A DNA stretch of 64,000 bases, from positions 528,745 to 592,744 of the forward strand of contig CAWFLE010000001.1 of NCBI GenBank assembly GCA_963816545.1. The letters run 5' to 3'. Of the stretch, positions 51,915-62,099 are shown in pieces. Source of the stretch: an uncultured Alphaproteobacteria bacterium (GTDB lineage Bacteria; Pseudomonadota; Alphaproteobacteria; Rhodobacterales; Rhodobacteraceae). The position numbers and the translations under genes were made by a program. Within the stretch, counting starts at the first letter, position 1. Every line of letters begins with the position of its first letter. Below the pieces are notes generated by a model. It saw only the letters and a list, made by a program, of their open reading frames with translations. It did no database searches and was not told where the DNA came from.

Positions 51915-52430
51915 TCAGCCCGCGAACAGGTCCGCGAATTCTTCCAGCACCTTGCGGTAGGTCACGCGCTTGAAGGGGACGATCCGGTCCAGCACCTCGG
52001 CGCGCGGGGACCAGGCCCAGCGGGAGAACTCCGGGTGCTCGGTCGCGATGTTCACCTCATCGTCCCGGCCGTGGTAGCGGAAGGCGAACCAGCGCTGCGT
52101 CTGACCCCGGTAGCGGCCCTTCCACAGCCTGGGGATCAGCGAGGCGGGGAGGTCGTAGTCGATCCAGCCGCGGCTCTCGGCCAGCAGAGTGACCTGATGG
52201 CGACGGATCCCGGTCTCCTCGTTCAGCTCGCGCAGCGCGGCCTCCAGCGGGGCCTCGCCGGGGTCGATGCCGCCCTGGGGCATCTGCCAGGCGTCGGAGC
52301 GGAAATCCATCCGCTGGCCGACGAAGATCCCGCTCTCGCGATTCAGGATCATCAGGCCCACGCAGGGGCGGTAGGGCAGCGCGGCGATCTGCGCCTCGGT
52401 CGGTTCGTTCGCCGCGCCGCCCGTCCTCAC
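51915..52430 (-). CDS. rppH: RNA pyrophosphohydrolase (Nudix)
   Basis: LPYRPCVG, WQMPQGGIDPGE...AALRELNEETG, YRGQTQRWF, IVPFKR. Confidence 0.92.
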   Translation of the reverse strand: MRTGGAANEPTEAQIAALPYRPCVGLMILNRESGIFVGQRMDFRSDAWQMPQGGIDPGEAPLEAALRELNEETGIRRHQVTLLAESRGWIDYDLPASLIPRLWKGRYRGQTQRWFAFRYHGRDDEVNIATEHPEFSRWAWSPRAEVLDRIVPFKRVTYRKVLEEFADLFAG

Positions 52431-53755
52431 TTCTGGAGCCCGCCGTAGACCGAGAGGCCGGTCAGCACGTCCAGCGCGTAGGCGAGCTGCAGATCCTCGT
52501 TGCGGAGCTTGGCGGTCGCCTCGTGGCGGGCGCGCTCCTCCTGGATCTGGGTGCGCTCCTCCTCCGAGAGCGCGTTCTCAAGGCTGCCGCGCAGGCTCGC
52601 CTCGGTCCGCATCCGGGGGGTGGCCGCGTCCGCGTCCTCGGCGACCTCCAGCTTGCGCTGCTCGATCAGGATGTCGGGCTCGATGCCCAGCGCCTGGATG
52701 GAGCGGCCCGATGGCGTGTAGTAGCGCGCCGTGGTCAGGCGCATGGCCCCCTTGCCCGAGAGCGGCATGATCGTCTGGACCGAGCCCTTGCCGAAGGATT
52801 TCGAGCCCAGGACGATGGCGCGGTGGTGGTCCTGCAGGGCGCCGGCCACGATCTCGGACGCCGAGGCGGAGCCGCCGTTGATGAGCACCACCATGGGCTT
52901 GCCGCCGGTGAGGTCCCCGTCCTCGGCGTTGTAGCGGTCCATGTCCTGCGGATCGCGGCCGCGGGTGGACACGATCTCGCCGGACTCGAGGAAGGCGTCG
53001 GACACCGCCACCGCTTGGTTCAGGAGGCCGCCGGGGTTGTTGCGGAGGTCGAGCACGTAGCCCTTCACGTTCTCCGCGCCGCCAAGCTCCTCCTGCACCT
53101 TCTCGATGCCGGCCTTGAGGTTCTCGTAGGTCTGTTCGGTGAACTGGGTCACGCGCAGCACGCCCACATCGCCTTCGACGCGCGCCTTGGCGGCGGCGAT
53201 CTTGATGTTGGCGCGGGTGAGGGTGACGTCGAACGGCTCCTCCTCGCCCTCGCGGACGATGGTGATGGTGATGTCGGAGCCGACGGGGCCGCGCATCATG
53301 TCCACCGCGTCGGCCAGCGTCAGGCCGAGCACGGATTCGCCGTCGATATGGGTGATGAAGTCGTTGGACTCGATCCCCGCCTCGGCGGCCGGGGTCTCGT
53401 CGATCGGGGAGACGACCTTGACGAAGCCGTTCTCCATGGTGACCTCGATGCCGAGGCCGCCGAATTCGCCCTTGGTCTGGACCTTCATGTCGTCGAAGGC
53501 GGTGGGGGCGAGGTAGGAGGAGTGGGGGTCGAGCGAGGTGAGCATGCCGTTGATGGCCGCCTCGATCAGCGCCTTCTCGTCCACTTCCTCCACGTAGCCG
53601 GACCGCACCCGTTCGAAGATGTCGCCGAAGAGGTCGAGATATTCGTAAGTGGTGCGGGCGTCGGCCTCCTGCGCGCTGAGCGGCGCGACGAGCGGCGCGG
53701 TGACCAGCGCCCCGGCCATGGCGCCGCCCAGAGCGGCGACGGCGAGTTTCTTCAT
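52427..53755 (-). CDS. ctpA: Carboxy-terminal processing protease, S41 family
   Basis: LDPHSSY, GEFGGLGIEV (PDZ), LDLRNNPGGLL, GSASASEIVAGALQD, FGKGSVQT. Confidence 0.92.
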   Translation of the reverse strand: MKKLAVAALGGAMAGALVTAPLVAPLSAQEADARTTYEYLDLFGDIFERVRSGYVEEVDEKALIEAAINGMLTSLDPHSSYLAPTAFDDMKVQTKGEFGGLGIEVTMENGFVKVVSPIDETPAAEAGIESNDFITHIDGESVLGLTLADAVDMMRGPVGSDITITIVREGEEEPFDVTLTRANIKIAAAKARVEGDVGVLRVTQFTEQTYENLKAGIEKVQEELGGAENVKGYVLDLRNNPGGLLNQAVAVSDAFLESGEIVSTRGRDPQDMDRYNAEDGDLTGGKPMVVLINGGSASASEIVAGALQDHHRAIVLGSKSFGKGSVQTIMPLSGKGAMRLTTARYYTPSGRSIQALGIEPDILIEQRKLEVAEDADAATPRMRTEASLRGSLENALSEEERTQIQEERARHEATAKLRNEDLQLAYALDVLTGLSVYGGLQK

Positions 53756-54855
53756 GGTGTTCCGGCCCTTCCTTCGGGGAATGCGAACCAGCGGGCAGGA
53801 TCGACCGGCGATCCTTGCTCCCGCGTTTCGAGATACAGCTTCTGCGGGGACGATGCGCCCCCCGCGGCCCCGGCTTCAACCAGAAATTCCTCGGAGGCTG
53901 GGGGAATGACGCCCAATTGACCAAGCTCGACGCCCGCGCGAGCGATGTCGCCGGCCTGGACGGAGAGGGAGGCGAGGCCGGCCAGAATCATCAGGCGGCC
54001 CGGAGCAGGTTCGAGGATCACCGCCTGGCCGCGGCCCGCGAGGGGGCCGGCGTAGCGGATGGTGGAGGTGGCGGGGGCCGTGGGGCGGGCCCAGGCGGGA
54101 GCGGCGATCTCCACCCCCGTGACGGTCTGGCCGATGGCGTCCTTCGCGCCCCAGGGGGTGACGACGGGGCCGTCCACGGGGAGGGGGAGGGCGCCGGGCG
54201 GTTCCGGGCGGCGGGCGGGGGGCGCATCGAGGCCGGGGCGGGGTTCGCGCGCGTCCACGGCGGCGAAGGCGTCCAGCGCGGCGCGGGCTTCGGCGAGGTC
54301 CCGGGCGGGGGAGGCCGCGCGGTCATGGGAGAGGTCGGCGCGGGCGGCCTGGAGCGCGGCGAGGGCGCCCCGGAGGCGGGACCAGGCGGCGCGGCGATCC
54401 GCATCGCGCGCGAGGGCGGCGGAGAGGCGGGCGCGGGCGGCTTCCGCGTCGGCCGCGCCGGAGGGGCCTAGAGCCGCGGTCAGCCACGCGCCGCGGGCGG
54501 CGGCGAGGGGACCGGCGGGCTGGGCGGCCTGGGCGGCCAGAGGGGCGCGGGCGCGGGCGGCGAGGCGGCCCAGCGCCTCCTGCGCGCGGTCGCGGGCGGC
54601 GTCGGCCTCGTCCTGGAGGGCGGTCTTGCGAACGGCGGCGTCGCGCAGGGACTGGCGCATCTGCGCGAGCCCGTCCTCGGCGGCGGAGACGGCGGCGGCG
54701 AGGGCCTGAAGGCGCGTCTCGCGGGTGGGGGCGGCGTCGTAGCTGCGGTCGGCGGCGGCGAGGAGGGCCGAGGTCTCGCCCAGCCCGCCGGCCTCCTGCG
54801 CCGCGGCCGGGGCGGCGAGCGAGAGGGCGGCGAGGAGGGCGACGGCGCGGATCAT
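53752..54855 (-). CDS. EnvC-like murein hydrolase activator (coiled coil + degenerate M23)
   Basis: Signal peptide, Ala-rich coiled coil, PVDG...YAGP...LYLETR...PVDP..W; lies between gpmI and ctpA. Confidence 0.75.
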   Translation of the reverse strand: MIRAVALLAALSLAAPAAAQEAGGLGETSALLAAADRSYDAAPTRETRLQALAAAVSAAEDGLAQMRQSLRDAAVRKTALQDEADAARDRAQEALGRLAARARAPLAAQAAQPAGPLAAARGAWLTAALGPSGAADAEAARARLSAALARDADRRAAWSRLRGALAALQAARADLSHDRAASPARDLAEARAALDAFAAVDAREPRPGLDAPPARRPEPPGALPLPVDGPVVTPWGAKDAIGQTVTGVEIAAPAWARPTAPATSTIRYAGPLAGRGQAVILEPAPGRLMILAGLASLSVQAGDIARAGVELGQLGVIPPASEEFLVEAGAAGGASSPQKLYLETREQGSPVDPARWFAFPEGRAGTP

Positions 54856-56390
54856 GCGTTGGCGCGGATCAGGAGGGACCGGCCGGTCATCTCCCCGGGC
54901 TGCGGCAGGGCCATCAGCTCGAGCAGGGTGGGGGCGAGGTCGCCCAGCGCGCCGCCGTCGCGCAGGCGGGTGTTGGGCGGCCCGCCCACGAGGATCACGG
55001 GCACCGGGTTGAGGGTGTGGGCGGTGTGGGGGCCGCCGGTCTCCGGGTCGATCATGGTCTCGCAGTTGCCGTGGTCGGCGGTGACGATCATGGCGCCGCC
55101 GGCGGCCTCCAGCGCCTTGAGGGCCTTGCCGAGGCCGCGGTCCACGGCCTCGCACGCGGCGATGGCGGCGTTCAGGTCCCCGGTGTGGCCGACCATGTCG
55201 GGGTTGGCGAAGTTCACCACGATGAGGTCGTGCCTGCCCGACCGGATCGCCTCCACCAAGCGGTGGGTGACTTCGGGCTCCGCCATCTCGGGCTGGAGGT
55301 CGTAGGTGCGGATCAGAGGGGAGGGGGCCATGTGGCGGGCCTCGCCGTCGTCCGGGGTCTCCTCCCCTCCGTTGAGGAAGAAGGTGACGTGGGGGTATTT
55401 CTCGGTCTCCGCGAGCCGCATCTGGCGCTTGCCGTGGCGGGAGACCCACTGGCCGAGGGTGTTCACGATCTCCTCCGGCGGGAACAGCGCGGTCATGAAC
55501 TTCGCGTGGGCGGAGGAGTATTCGACCATGCCGGCGACGGCGGAGAATTTGGGGCGGGGGCCGGCGTCGAAGGCGTCGAAATCCGGGGCGGCGAGGGCAG
55601 ACAGGATCTCCCGCGCGCGGTCGGCGCGGAAGTTGAGGAACAGGAGGCCGTCGCCGTCCTTCATCCCCTCGTAGCCCGCGATGGCGCAGGGTGGGACGAA
55701 CTCGTCGGTGTCGCCGGCTTCGTGGGCGGCCTTCACGGCCTCCTGCGCCGAGGCGGCGGAGGCGCCCTCGCCCCGCGTCATGCAGGCGTAGGCGGCGCCG
55801 ACCCGGTCCCAGCGGTTGTCGCGGTCCATGGCGTAGAAGCGGCCGATCACGGTGGCGATTTCGGCGGCGTCGCCGACCTCGCGCTCCAGCTCCGCGAGGT
55901 AGTCGGGCGCGGCCTTGGGGGGCGTGTCGCGGCCGTCGGTGAAGCAGTGGAGGCGCACGGGCACGCCCTCGGCCGCGATCACGCGGGCCGCGTGGGCGAT
56001 GTGGCGCTGGTGGGAATGCACCCCTCCGGGGCTGACCAGACCCGCGAGATGGGCCGTGCCGCCGGCCTGCTTCACCGCGGCGATGAAGTCGCGCAGGGTC
56101 TCGTTGCTATCGAAGCTCCCGTCCCCGATGGCGCGGTCGATCCGGGGGAGGTCCATCCACACCACCCGGCCAGCGCCGATATTGGTGTGCCCGACCTCGG
56201 AGTTGCCCATCTGGCCTTCGGGCAGGCCCACGGCGTTCCCGTGCGCGGTGAGCGTCGCGTTGGGGCGGCCCTGCATCAGCGCGTCGAAGGTGGGGGTGTC
56301 GGCGAGGGCGACCGCGTTGCCCTCCGTCTCCGCCCGCAGCCCCCAGCCGTCGAGGATCACGAGGACGACGGGCTTCGGCGGGGTGGTCAT
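54852..56390 (-). CDS. gpmI: 2,3-BPG-independent phosphoglycerate mutase
   Basis: LVILDGWG, QMGNSEVGH, GRFYAMDRD, NFRADRARE, ETEKYPHVTFF, ANPDMVGHTG, TADHGN. Confidence 0.96.
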   Translation of the reverse strand: MTTPPKPVVLVILDGWGLRAETEGNAVALADTPTFDALMQGRPNATLTAHGNAVGLPEGQMGNSEVGHTNIGAGRVVWMDLPRIDRAIGDGSFDSNETLRDFIAAVKQAGGTAHLAGLVSPGGVHSHQRHIAHAARVIAAEGVPVRLHCFTDGRDTPPKAAPDYLAELEREVGDAAEIATVIGRFYAMDRDNRWDRVGAAYACMTRGEGASAASAQEAVKAAHEAGDTDEFVPPCAIAGYEGMKDGDGLLFLNFRADRAREILSALAAPDFDAFDAGPRPKFSAVAGMVEYSSAHAKFMTALFPPEEIVNTLGQWVSRHGKRQMRLAETEKYPHVTFFLNGGEETPDDGEARHMAPSPLIRTYDLQPEMAEPEVTHRLVEAIRSGRHDLIVVNFANPDMVGHTGDLNAAIAACEAVDRGLGKALKALEAAGGAMIVTADHGNCETMIDPETGGPHTAHTLNPVPVILVGGPPNTRLRDGGALGDLAPTLLELMALPQPGEMTGRSLLIRANA

Positions 56391-56454
56391 GGGCGGGCTC
56401 CTCCGGCTGGTCAGGGGGTTCTAGGCCCGGGGCCGCGCCCGGTCAAAGGGGCGC

Positions 56455-56925
56455 TCAGCCGCGGTGATAGGGAGACCCGGCGAGGATGGTGGCGGCGCGG
56501 TAGATCTGCTCGGCCGCCATGGCGCGGGCCAGCATGTGGGGCCAGACCATCTTCCCGAAGGACAGGCTCAGGTCGGCGCGGTCCCTCAGCGCCGGCGCGT
56601 GGCCGTCCGCGCCGCCCAGCGCAAGCGCGCAGTCCCGCCGCCCCTGGTCCCGCCAGTCCGCCAGCAGCGCCGCGAAGTCAGGGGAGGAGAGGGTGCGCCC
56701 GCGTTCGTCCAGCGCGATCAGCGCGGCGCCCTCGGGGACGGCGGCGGTCACGAGGGCGGATTCCTCCTCCGCCCCGCGGGCCTTGCGGTCGTCGATCTCC
56801 AGCAGCCGCGCCGGACCCATGCCCAGCGGCCTCGCGGTCCGGTCGAACCGCATGAGGTAGTCCGAGACGAGGGCCGCCTCCGGTCCGCCGCGGGCCCGGC
56901 CCACGGCGATCAGGTGGAGCTTCAC
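56455..56925 (-). CDS. rlmH: 23S rRNA pseudouridine-1915 N3-methyltransferase
   Basis: LDERG...SS..FA, LGGADG, WPHMLARAM.AEQIYRA..IL.GSPYHR. Confidence 0.95.
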   Translation of the reverse strand: MKLHLIAVGRARGGPEAALVSDYLMRFDRTARPLGMGPARLLEIDDRKARGAEEESALVTAAVPEGAALIALDERGRTLSSPDFAALLADWRDQGRRDCALALGGADGHAPALRDRADLSLSFGKMVWPHMLARAMAAEQIYRAATILAGSPYHRG

Positions 56926-56938
56926 GCAGCCCGGCCGG

Positions 56939-57361
56939 TCAGGCGTAGGCGGCGGGCGCTGCGTCGGCCGCGCGGCGGGCGGCGTCGGGGGTCGACAGCC
57001 ACATCTTCTCGAGCTGGTAGAAGTCGCGCACCTCGGGCCGGAAGATGTGGACGACCACGTCGCCCGCATCGATCAGCACCCAGTCGCCGGCGTCCTTGCC
57101 CTCGGCCCGGCACAGGGTGCGGGCGTCGGTCTTCAGCCTGTCGACCAGCTTCTCCGCGATGGCGGACACCTGTCGGGACGAGCGGCCGGACGCGATCACC
57201 ATGTAATCGGCGATGTCGGACTTGCCGTGCAGGTCCACCTGCACGACGTCCTCGGCCTTGTCGTCCTCGAGCGAGCTCAGAACGATTCGGAGCAGGTCTT
57301 CGCCACCCAGCTGCTCCGCGTTCTCCGGCAGGGGGGTCCCTGCGCCTGCGAGTTCGGTCAG
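56939..57361 (-). CDS. rsfS: Ribosome silencing factor (start uncertain, probably CTG)
   Basis: LEDDKAEDVV..DL, ADYMVIASGRSSRQV, DWVLIDAGDVVVHIFRPEVRDFYQLEKMW. Confidence 0.92.
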   Translation of the reverse strand: MTELAGAGTPLPENAEQLGGEDLLRIVLSSLEDDKAEDVVQVDLHGKSDIADYMVIASGRSSRQVSAIAEKLVDRLKTDARTLCRAEGKDAGDWVLIDAGDVVVHIFRPEVRDFYQLEKMWLSTPDAARRAADAAPAAYA

Positions 57362-57740
57362 AACGGTTTCCTCCACGTGCAGCGCCGCAAAGGTCGCCCC
57401 GGCGCCGGGCGTCTGCTCAATGTAGTGCGGATTAGGCTTTCGCTCAACATGCGTGCAGGGCGCCTGCGTATAAGGCGCCCGCGCGGGTGAAGCGTTTGAT
57501 TCCACGAGGCAATGCGCCTGCTCCGCCCGCCCCTGCGGCGTTGACGCGCGGGGGAGGGCGCCGGCAAGAGGGCGCTCCGGCCCGCCACGCGCCGCGGGCG
57601 GAGGCGCCGCCAAGGGCGGTATGCCCGGCGCGGCGCCCTCGCCGGAGGCGAGGCGGCCAGGGGGCGAGACGTCGCAGCGCGCCGCGGGCGGGCGGCCCGC
57701 CAGGGGCGAGACCGCAGGCGCAGCGCCTCCGCCCCGGGCT

Positions 57741-58484
57741 TCAGCGCAGGTCCACGCGGGCGGTCGCGGCGCCGAGCGGCCAGTCGATCTCCAGCCGCAC
57801 CGGCGCCATGTCGCCCTCGACCGGCGCGAGCCAGAGGCGGCGGTCGTATTCCCGCTCCTCGGTCTCGCGCGGCTCGTCGGCCGGGAAGCCGCCGAGGCGC
57901 TTGAGGCGGATCCGGCAGCGCAGCGCCGGGCCGGAATAGGTCCAGTCGCGGTCGGCGACGAGGCGCTCCTCGCCCTCGTCGATCACGGTCATCTCCATCA
58001 GGCGCACCCCGTCGAAGAGCCGCCAGGTCCCGCCGCAGCCCCGCCCCGCCTCGGCCTGGGCCAGCGTCAGAAGGGCGGCGCTGCCCGGATCGACGGCGGA
58101 GGCGAGGGCGCCCTCGGGAAGGGGGGTGAGGGGGCCGTCGGGGGGCGGTCCCGGCTCCGTCACCACCGGGCGGGCGCCGGGGGAGGGCCAGCGGACCTCG
58201 CGCACCCCGTCCTCGCCGTCCATCATGCCGGACACGCGGAAGGTGCGGGGGCCGTCCTGGATCCGGGTGGTGGTCTGGCGCATCAGGACGTCGGAGAACA
58301 GCGTCGCCACGCCCAGCGTGCGGGCGTCCATCACCAGACGGACGCCGTCGGGGATGGCCTCGCGCGAGATGCGGATGTCGGCCAGCGACAGGGGGCCCCA
58401 GTCGAGGTGATAGAGCCGGGAGGCGCGGTCCTGCGCGGCGGCGGGCGCGGCGAGGATCAGGGCGAGGGCGAGAGGGCGGAGCAT
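57741..58484 (-). CDS. DUF3108-like exported protein
   Basis: Signal peptide, DP.SA, C.G...LFDG.R, RLWLAP......PVRL; GGAGG RBS. Confidence 0.65.
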   Translation of the reverse strand: MLRPLALALILAAPAAAQDRASRLYHLDWGPLSLADIRISREAIPDGVRLVMDARTLGVATLFSDVLMRQTTTRIQDGPRTFRVSGMMDGEDGVREVRWPSPGARPVVTEPGPPPDGPLTPLPEGALASAVDPGSAALLTLAQAEAGRGCGGTWRLFDGVRLMEMTVIDEGEERLVADRDWTYSGPALRCRIRLKRLGGFPADEPRETEEREYDRRLWLAPVEGDMAPVRLEIDWPLGAATARVDLR

Positions 58485-58603
58485 CGGGGCGCCTCCATCA
58501 GGGATCCCGATGATACGCGCCGTAGCGCGGGCCGGCGCCGCGCCGCTCGCTCACGTTCCCGCGACGGAGGCGGGCCGGAGGCGTCTCCGGCCCGCCTCGC
58601 GCC

Positions 58604-59479
58604 TCAGCGGTTGCCGCGGACGTGCTTCTCGTAGTCCGTGGCGATGCCGACGGCCATGGGCCCCACGTCGAAGGTCCAGTCGCCGATCCTGCCCACCGGG
58701 GTGACCTCGGCGGCGGTGCCGGTCAGCCAGCACTGCTCGAACCCCTCCAGCTCCTCGGGCATGACGTGCCGCTCCTCGACCTCGGTTCCCTGCGTCTTCA
58801 GGAGGCCGATCACCGTCTGGCGGGTGAGGCCGTTGAGGAAGCAGTCCGGCGTCGGGGTGATGACCTTGCCGCCCTTGGTGAAGAAGATGTTGGCGCCCGT
58901 CGCCTCCGCCACATAGCCGCGGTAGTCCATCATCAGCGCGTCCGAGCAGCCCTTGGCCTGCGCCGCATGCTTGGACATGGTGCAGATCATGTAGAGCCCG
59001 GCCGCCTTGGCGTGGCAGGGGATCGTCTCCGGCGACGGGCGCTTCCACTTCGAGATGTCGAGCTTCGCGCCCGTGGTCTTGGCGTCGCCGTAGTAGGCGC
59101 CCCATTCCCAGACCGCGACCGCCAGGTGCACGGGGTTCAGCGCCGCGGCGACGCCCATGTCCTCGCCCGAGCCGCGCCACATCACGGCGCGCACATAGGC
59201 GTCCTTCAGCCCGTTCGCCTCCAGCGCCTTCGCCTTGGCGGCGTCGATGTCGTCCGCCGTCCACGGAGAGGGGATGTCCATCGCCTTCGCGGAGGCCAGC
59301 AGACGCTCCGAATGCTCGCGGCCCCGGAAGATGACGCCGCCATAGGCGCGCTCGCCCTCGAAGACCGACGAGGCGTAGTGCAGCGCGTGGGTCAGTACGT
59401 GGACCTTCGCCTCGCGCCACGGCACAAGCGCGCCGTCCATCCAGATGAACCCGTCGCGGTCGTCGTAGGCCCCGGTCAT
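58604..59479 (-). CDS. ilvE: Branched-chain amino acid aminotransferase
   Basis: HALHYASSVFEGERAY, AKAAGLY, EATGANIFF, LNGLTRQ, TGTAAEVTPV. Confidence 0.93.
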   Translation of the reverse strand: MTGAYDDRDGFIWMDGALVPWREAKVHVLTHALHYASSVFEGERAYGGVIFRGREHSERLLASAKAMDIPSPWTADDIDAAKAKALEANGLKDAYVRAVMWRGSGEDMGVAAALNPVHLAVAVWEWGAYYGDAKTTGAKLDISKWKRPSPETIPCHAKAAGLYMICTMSKHAAQAKGCSDALMMDYRGYVAEATGANIFFTKGGKVITPTPDCFLNGLTRQTVIGLLKTQGTEVEERHVMPEELEGFEQCWLTGTAAEVTPVGRIGDWTFDVGPMAVGIATDYEKHVRGNR

Positions 59480-59660
59480 GGCGAATTCCCGTATCGTCCC
59501 TGCCCGCGTCCGGGCGGGCGTTTCCTCGTGTGCGGCGCGTCCCGGTTTTGCGGGTTGTGTCGCGGTTGCGGCGGCGGAAGAAAGAAAATTTCATCCGACG
59601 GGTGGCAGCGCTATCATTCGACGCTTGGACAGTCAACAAGGCTGACGTAAAATCCCCCGC

Positions 59661-60203
59661 ATGGACAAGACCGACGCCCGCCCCCGCATCGCCCCCCGCC
59701 GCCCCGGCCCCAGCCGGGGGGACCAGCTTCTGTTCCTCACGGACGCGCAGCTCCGCCAGGGGGTGGAGCTGATGTTCTTCGCCTACCGGGACATGGTCTC
59801 GGACGCCGACCGGGTGCTGGAGACGCGCGGCTACGGGCGCGCGCATCACCGTTGCCTGCATTTCGTGTGGCGCCGGCCCGGCATGTCGGTGACCGAGCTG
59901 CTGGAGACGCTGCGCGTGACCAAGCAGTCCCTGAACCGGGTGCTGCGGCAACTGGTGGAGGACGGGCTGATTCGCTCGGAGGTGGGACCGACGGACCGCC
60001 GCCAGCGCCTGCTGACCCTGACCGGGGAGGGGGAGGCGCTTGTCCGCAGCCTGTCGGACGCGCAGAATGCCCGGATGAGGCGCGTCTTCATGGAGGCCGG
60101 CGCCGACGCGGTGCAGGGGTTCAAGGCGGTGCTGGCGGGGATGGTGGACGAACGCTCGCGCGAGGCGGTGCTGGCGATGGTCAACGACCAGGGCGCCCCG
60201 TGA
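59661..60203 (+). CDS. petP: MarR-family regulator (PetP-like)
   Basis: ELMFFAYRD, GRAHHR, TKQSLNRVLRQL, DRRQRLL; divergent from ilvE and upstream of a response regulator. Confidence 0.8.
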   Translation: MDKTDARPRIAPRRPGPSRGDQLLFLTDAQLRQGVELMFFAYRDMVSDADRVLETRGYGRAHHRCLHFVWRRPGMSVTELLETLRVTKQSLNRVLRQLVEDGLIRSEVGPTDRRQRLLTLTGEGEALVRSLSDAQNARMRRVFMEAGADAVQGFKAVLAGMVDERSREAVLAMVNDQGAP

Positions 60204-60928
60204 CCGACGCCATGGAGGAGACGCGCCCGGAGGCGCCGGCGGCGGAGCCGGACGCCCATATCCTCGTGGTCGATGACGACGAGCGCATCCGAACGCTGCT
60301 CAAGCGCTACCTGACCCGGTCAGGGTTCTACGTGACCGCGGCGCGGGACGCGGCCCACGCCCGCCGCCTGCTGGCGGGACTGGAGTTCGACCTGCTGGTG
60401 GTGGACGTGATGATGCCCGGCGAGGACGGGCTGAGCCTGACGCGCGCGCTCCGCCCCTCGCTGCGGACCCCGGTGCTGCTGCTGACCGCGCGCGGCGCCG
60501 CGGAGGACCGGATCGCGGGGCTGGAGGTCGGGGCCGACGACTACCTGCCCAAGCCGTTCGAGCCGCGGGAGCTGCTGCTGCGCATCGGCGCCATCCTGCG
60601 CCGCGTGCAGCCGGTGAAGCCGAGGCCGGAGCCGCCGCGGACCCTGAGCCTCGGGTCGGTGCGCTACGACGTCTCGCGCGGGGAGCTGTGGCGCGGGGAC
60701 GAGCCGATCCGCCTGACCAGCACCGAGGCCGCCCTGATGCGCGTCTTCGCCCGCACCCCCCATGAGGCGGTGGACCGGATGACCCTGCTGGCGGAGCTGG
60801 ACGACGCGCAGGAGCGGGCGGTGGACGTGCAGGTCACCCGCCTGCGCCGCAAGATCGAGGTGGACCCGCGCGCGCCCCGGTATCTCCAGACCGTGCGCGG
60901 ATCGGGCTACATGCTGACGCCGGACTGA
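60200..60928 (+). CDS. petR: OmpR-family response regulator (PetR-like)
   Basis: ILVVDDD, DVMMPGEDG, GADDYLPKPFEPRELL, RAVDVQVTRLRRKIE, YLQTVRG.GY; start may be 60212. Confidence 0.85.
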   Translation: MTDAMEETRPEAPAAEPDAHILVVDDDERIRTLLKRYLTRSGFYVTAARDAAHARRLLAGLEFDLLVVDVMMPGEDGLSLTRALRPSLRTPVLLLTARGAAEDRIAGLEVGADDYLPKPFEPRELLLRIGAILRRVQPVKPRPEPPRTLSLGSVRYDVSRGELWRGDEPIRLTSTEAALMRVFARTPHEAVDRMTLLAELDDAQERAVDVQVTRLRRKIEVDPRAPRYLQTVRGSGYMLTPD

Positions 60929-61045
60929 GGGGGCCCAGCAGGGCCGGTTCCGGCTCGACCGTCGCCAGTCGTTGCGGGCCGCCCGCCGCGCGGAGGCGGG
61001 CGCGCCGCAGGAAGCGATCCCCCCCGCGGCGCGCCTTGCGGAGCC

Positions 61046-61858
61046 TCAGACGAGGCCCTGCGCCTCCAGATAGGCCATCGAGGCGGGGATCTTCGCCTTG
61101 TCGCGCAGCTCCAGCACCAGGCGGGGGCGGCGGCCGTGGGCCTCCAGCGCGCGGAAGACGCCGTGCCAGCGGATGGTCCCCTCGCCCAGGCTCCAGTGGC
61201 GGTCGGCGTAGCCGTCGGCGTCCTGGAGGTGGACATGCTCCAGCATCTCGCCGGCCGAGGAGATGAAGCAATCCACCGGCGGCGCGCCCGTGGAGCCGTG
61301 GGCGTAGTGGGCGTGGCCCGTGTCCACCGACAGCCGCACGCGGTCCGAGCCGAAGCTCTCGGCCAGGCGGCGGCGGTCGGACGGGTCCTTGTCCATGATG
61401 TTCTCGATGACCAGCGTGACGCCCTGGTCCTCGGCCCGCTTCACCACGGCCTTCAGGGTGTCATGCGTGAACTCGATCACCTTCGACCGCGCCTCGGGAA
61501 GCATGTCGAGGTTGTTGTGATCCCAGGTCGTGTAGGGCGAGTGGATCACCATCTGGTCGGCGCCCACCGCCTCGCATACGTCGAGGCCCTGCATCATGCG
61601 CTTCTCCACCACGCGGCGGATCTCGGGGTCCATGGAGTGGATGGTGAAGCCCCAGAACGGCCCGTGGATGCCGATGCGGCCCTTGTGACCGTCGAGCTGG
61701 CGGCGCGCCTCCTCGGCCATCGGGCGCCAGTCGCTCTCCAGCGCCTCGGCGGTGTGGAAGCTCTGGAGCTCCACGTCGCGGTCCTTGTCGAACAGCCAGT
61801 CGCGGTAGGTGGCAAGCTGGTCCACGGGCAGGCAGGCGCCGATCACGAGCTCGGTCAT
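61046..61858 (-). CDS. Xylose isomerase-like TIM barrel (sugar-phosphate isomerase/epimerase, AP endonuclease 2 family)
   Basis: IHGPF, VIENI, DTGHAH, HVHLQDADGYADRHW..GEG.I.W, VLEL. Confidence 0.82.
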   Translation of the reverse strand: MTELVIGACLPVDQLATYRDWLFDKDRDVELQSFHTAEALESDWRPMAEEARRQLDGHKGRIGIHGPFWGFTIHSMDPEIRRVVEKRMMQGLDVCEAVGADQMVIHSPYTTWDHNNLDMLPEARSKVIEFTHDTLKAVVKRAEDQGVTLVIENIMDKDPSDRRRLAESFGSDRVRLSVDTGHAHYAHGSTGAPPVDCFISSAGEMLEHVHLQDADGYADRHWSLGEGTIRWHGVFRALEAHGRRPRLVLELRDKAKIPASMAYLEAQGLV

Positions 61859-62099
61859 GCGGGTCATCCTTTCGGGGAGGGTCGAACCCCGTCCGCATAA
61901 CGGGCCCGCATGACGCCCCTGCGTCGGGCGCGTCAACGTTTCGTCGCGCGCCGGGCGGACAGGTCCGCCGATCCGTCCCCGCGCTTCGTCGCGGAACCTT
62001 GCCCTCCGGGTCAATGCCGCGTCGCACAACGCCCGCATGGTCCTCGCGTCGTCGGAGGCCGCCGCCCCCGGCGCCCGTCTTCGTTGCACGAGGGACAGC

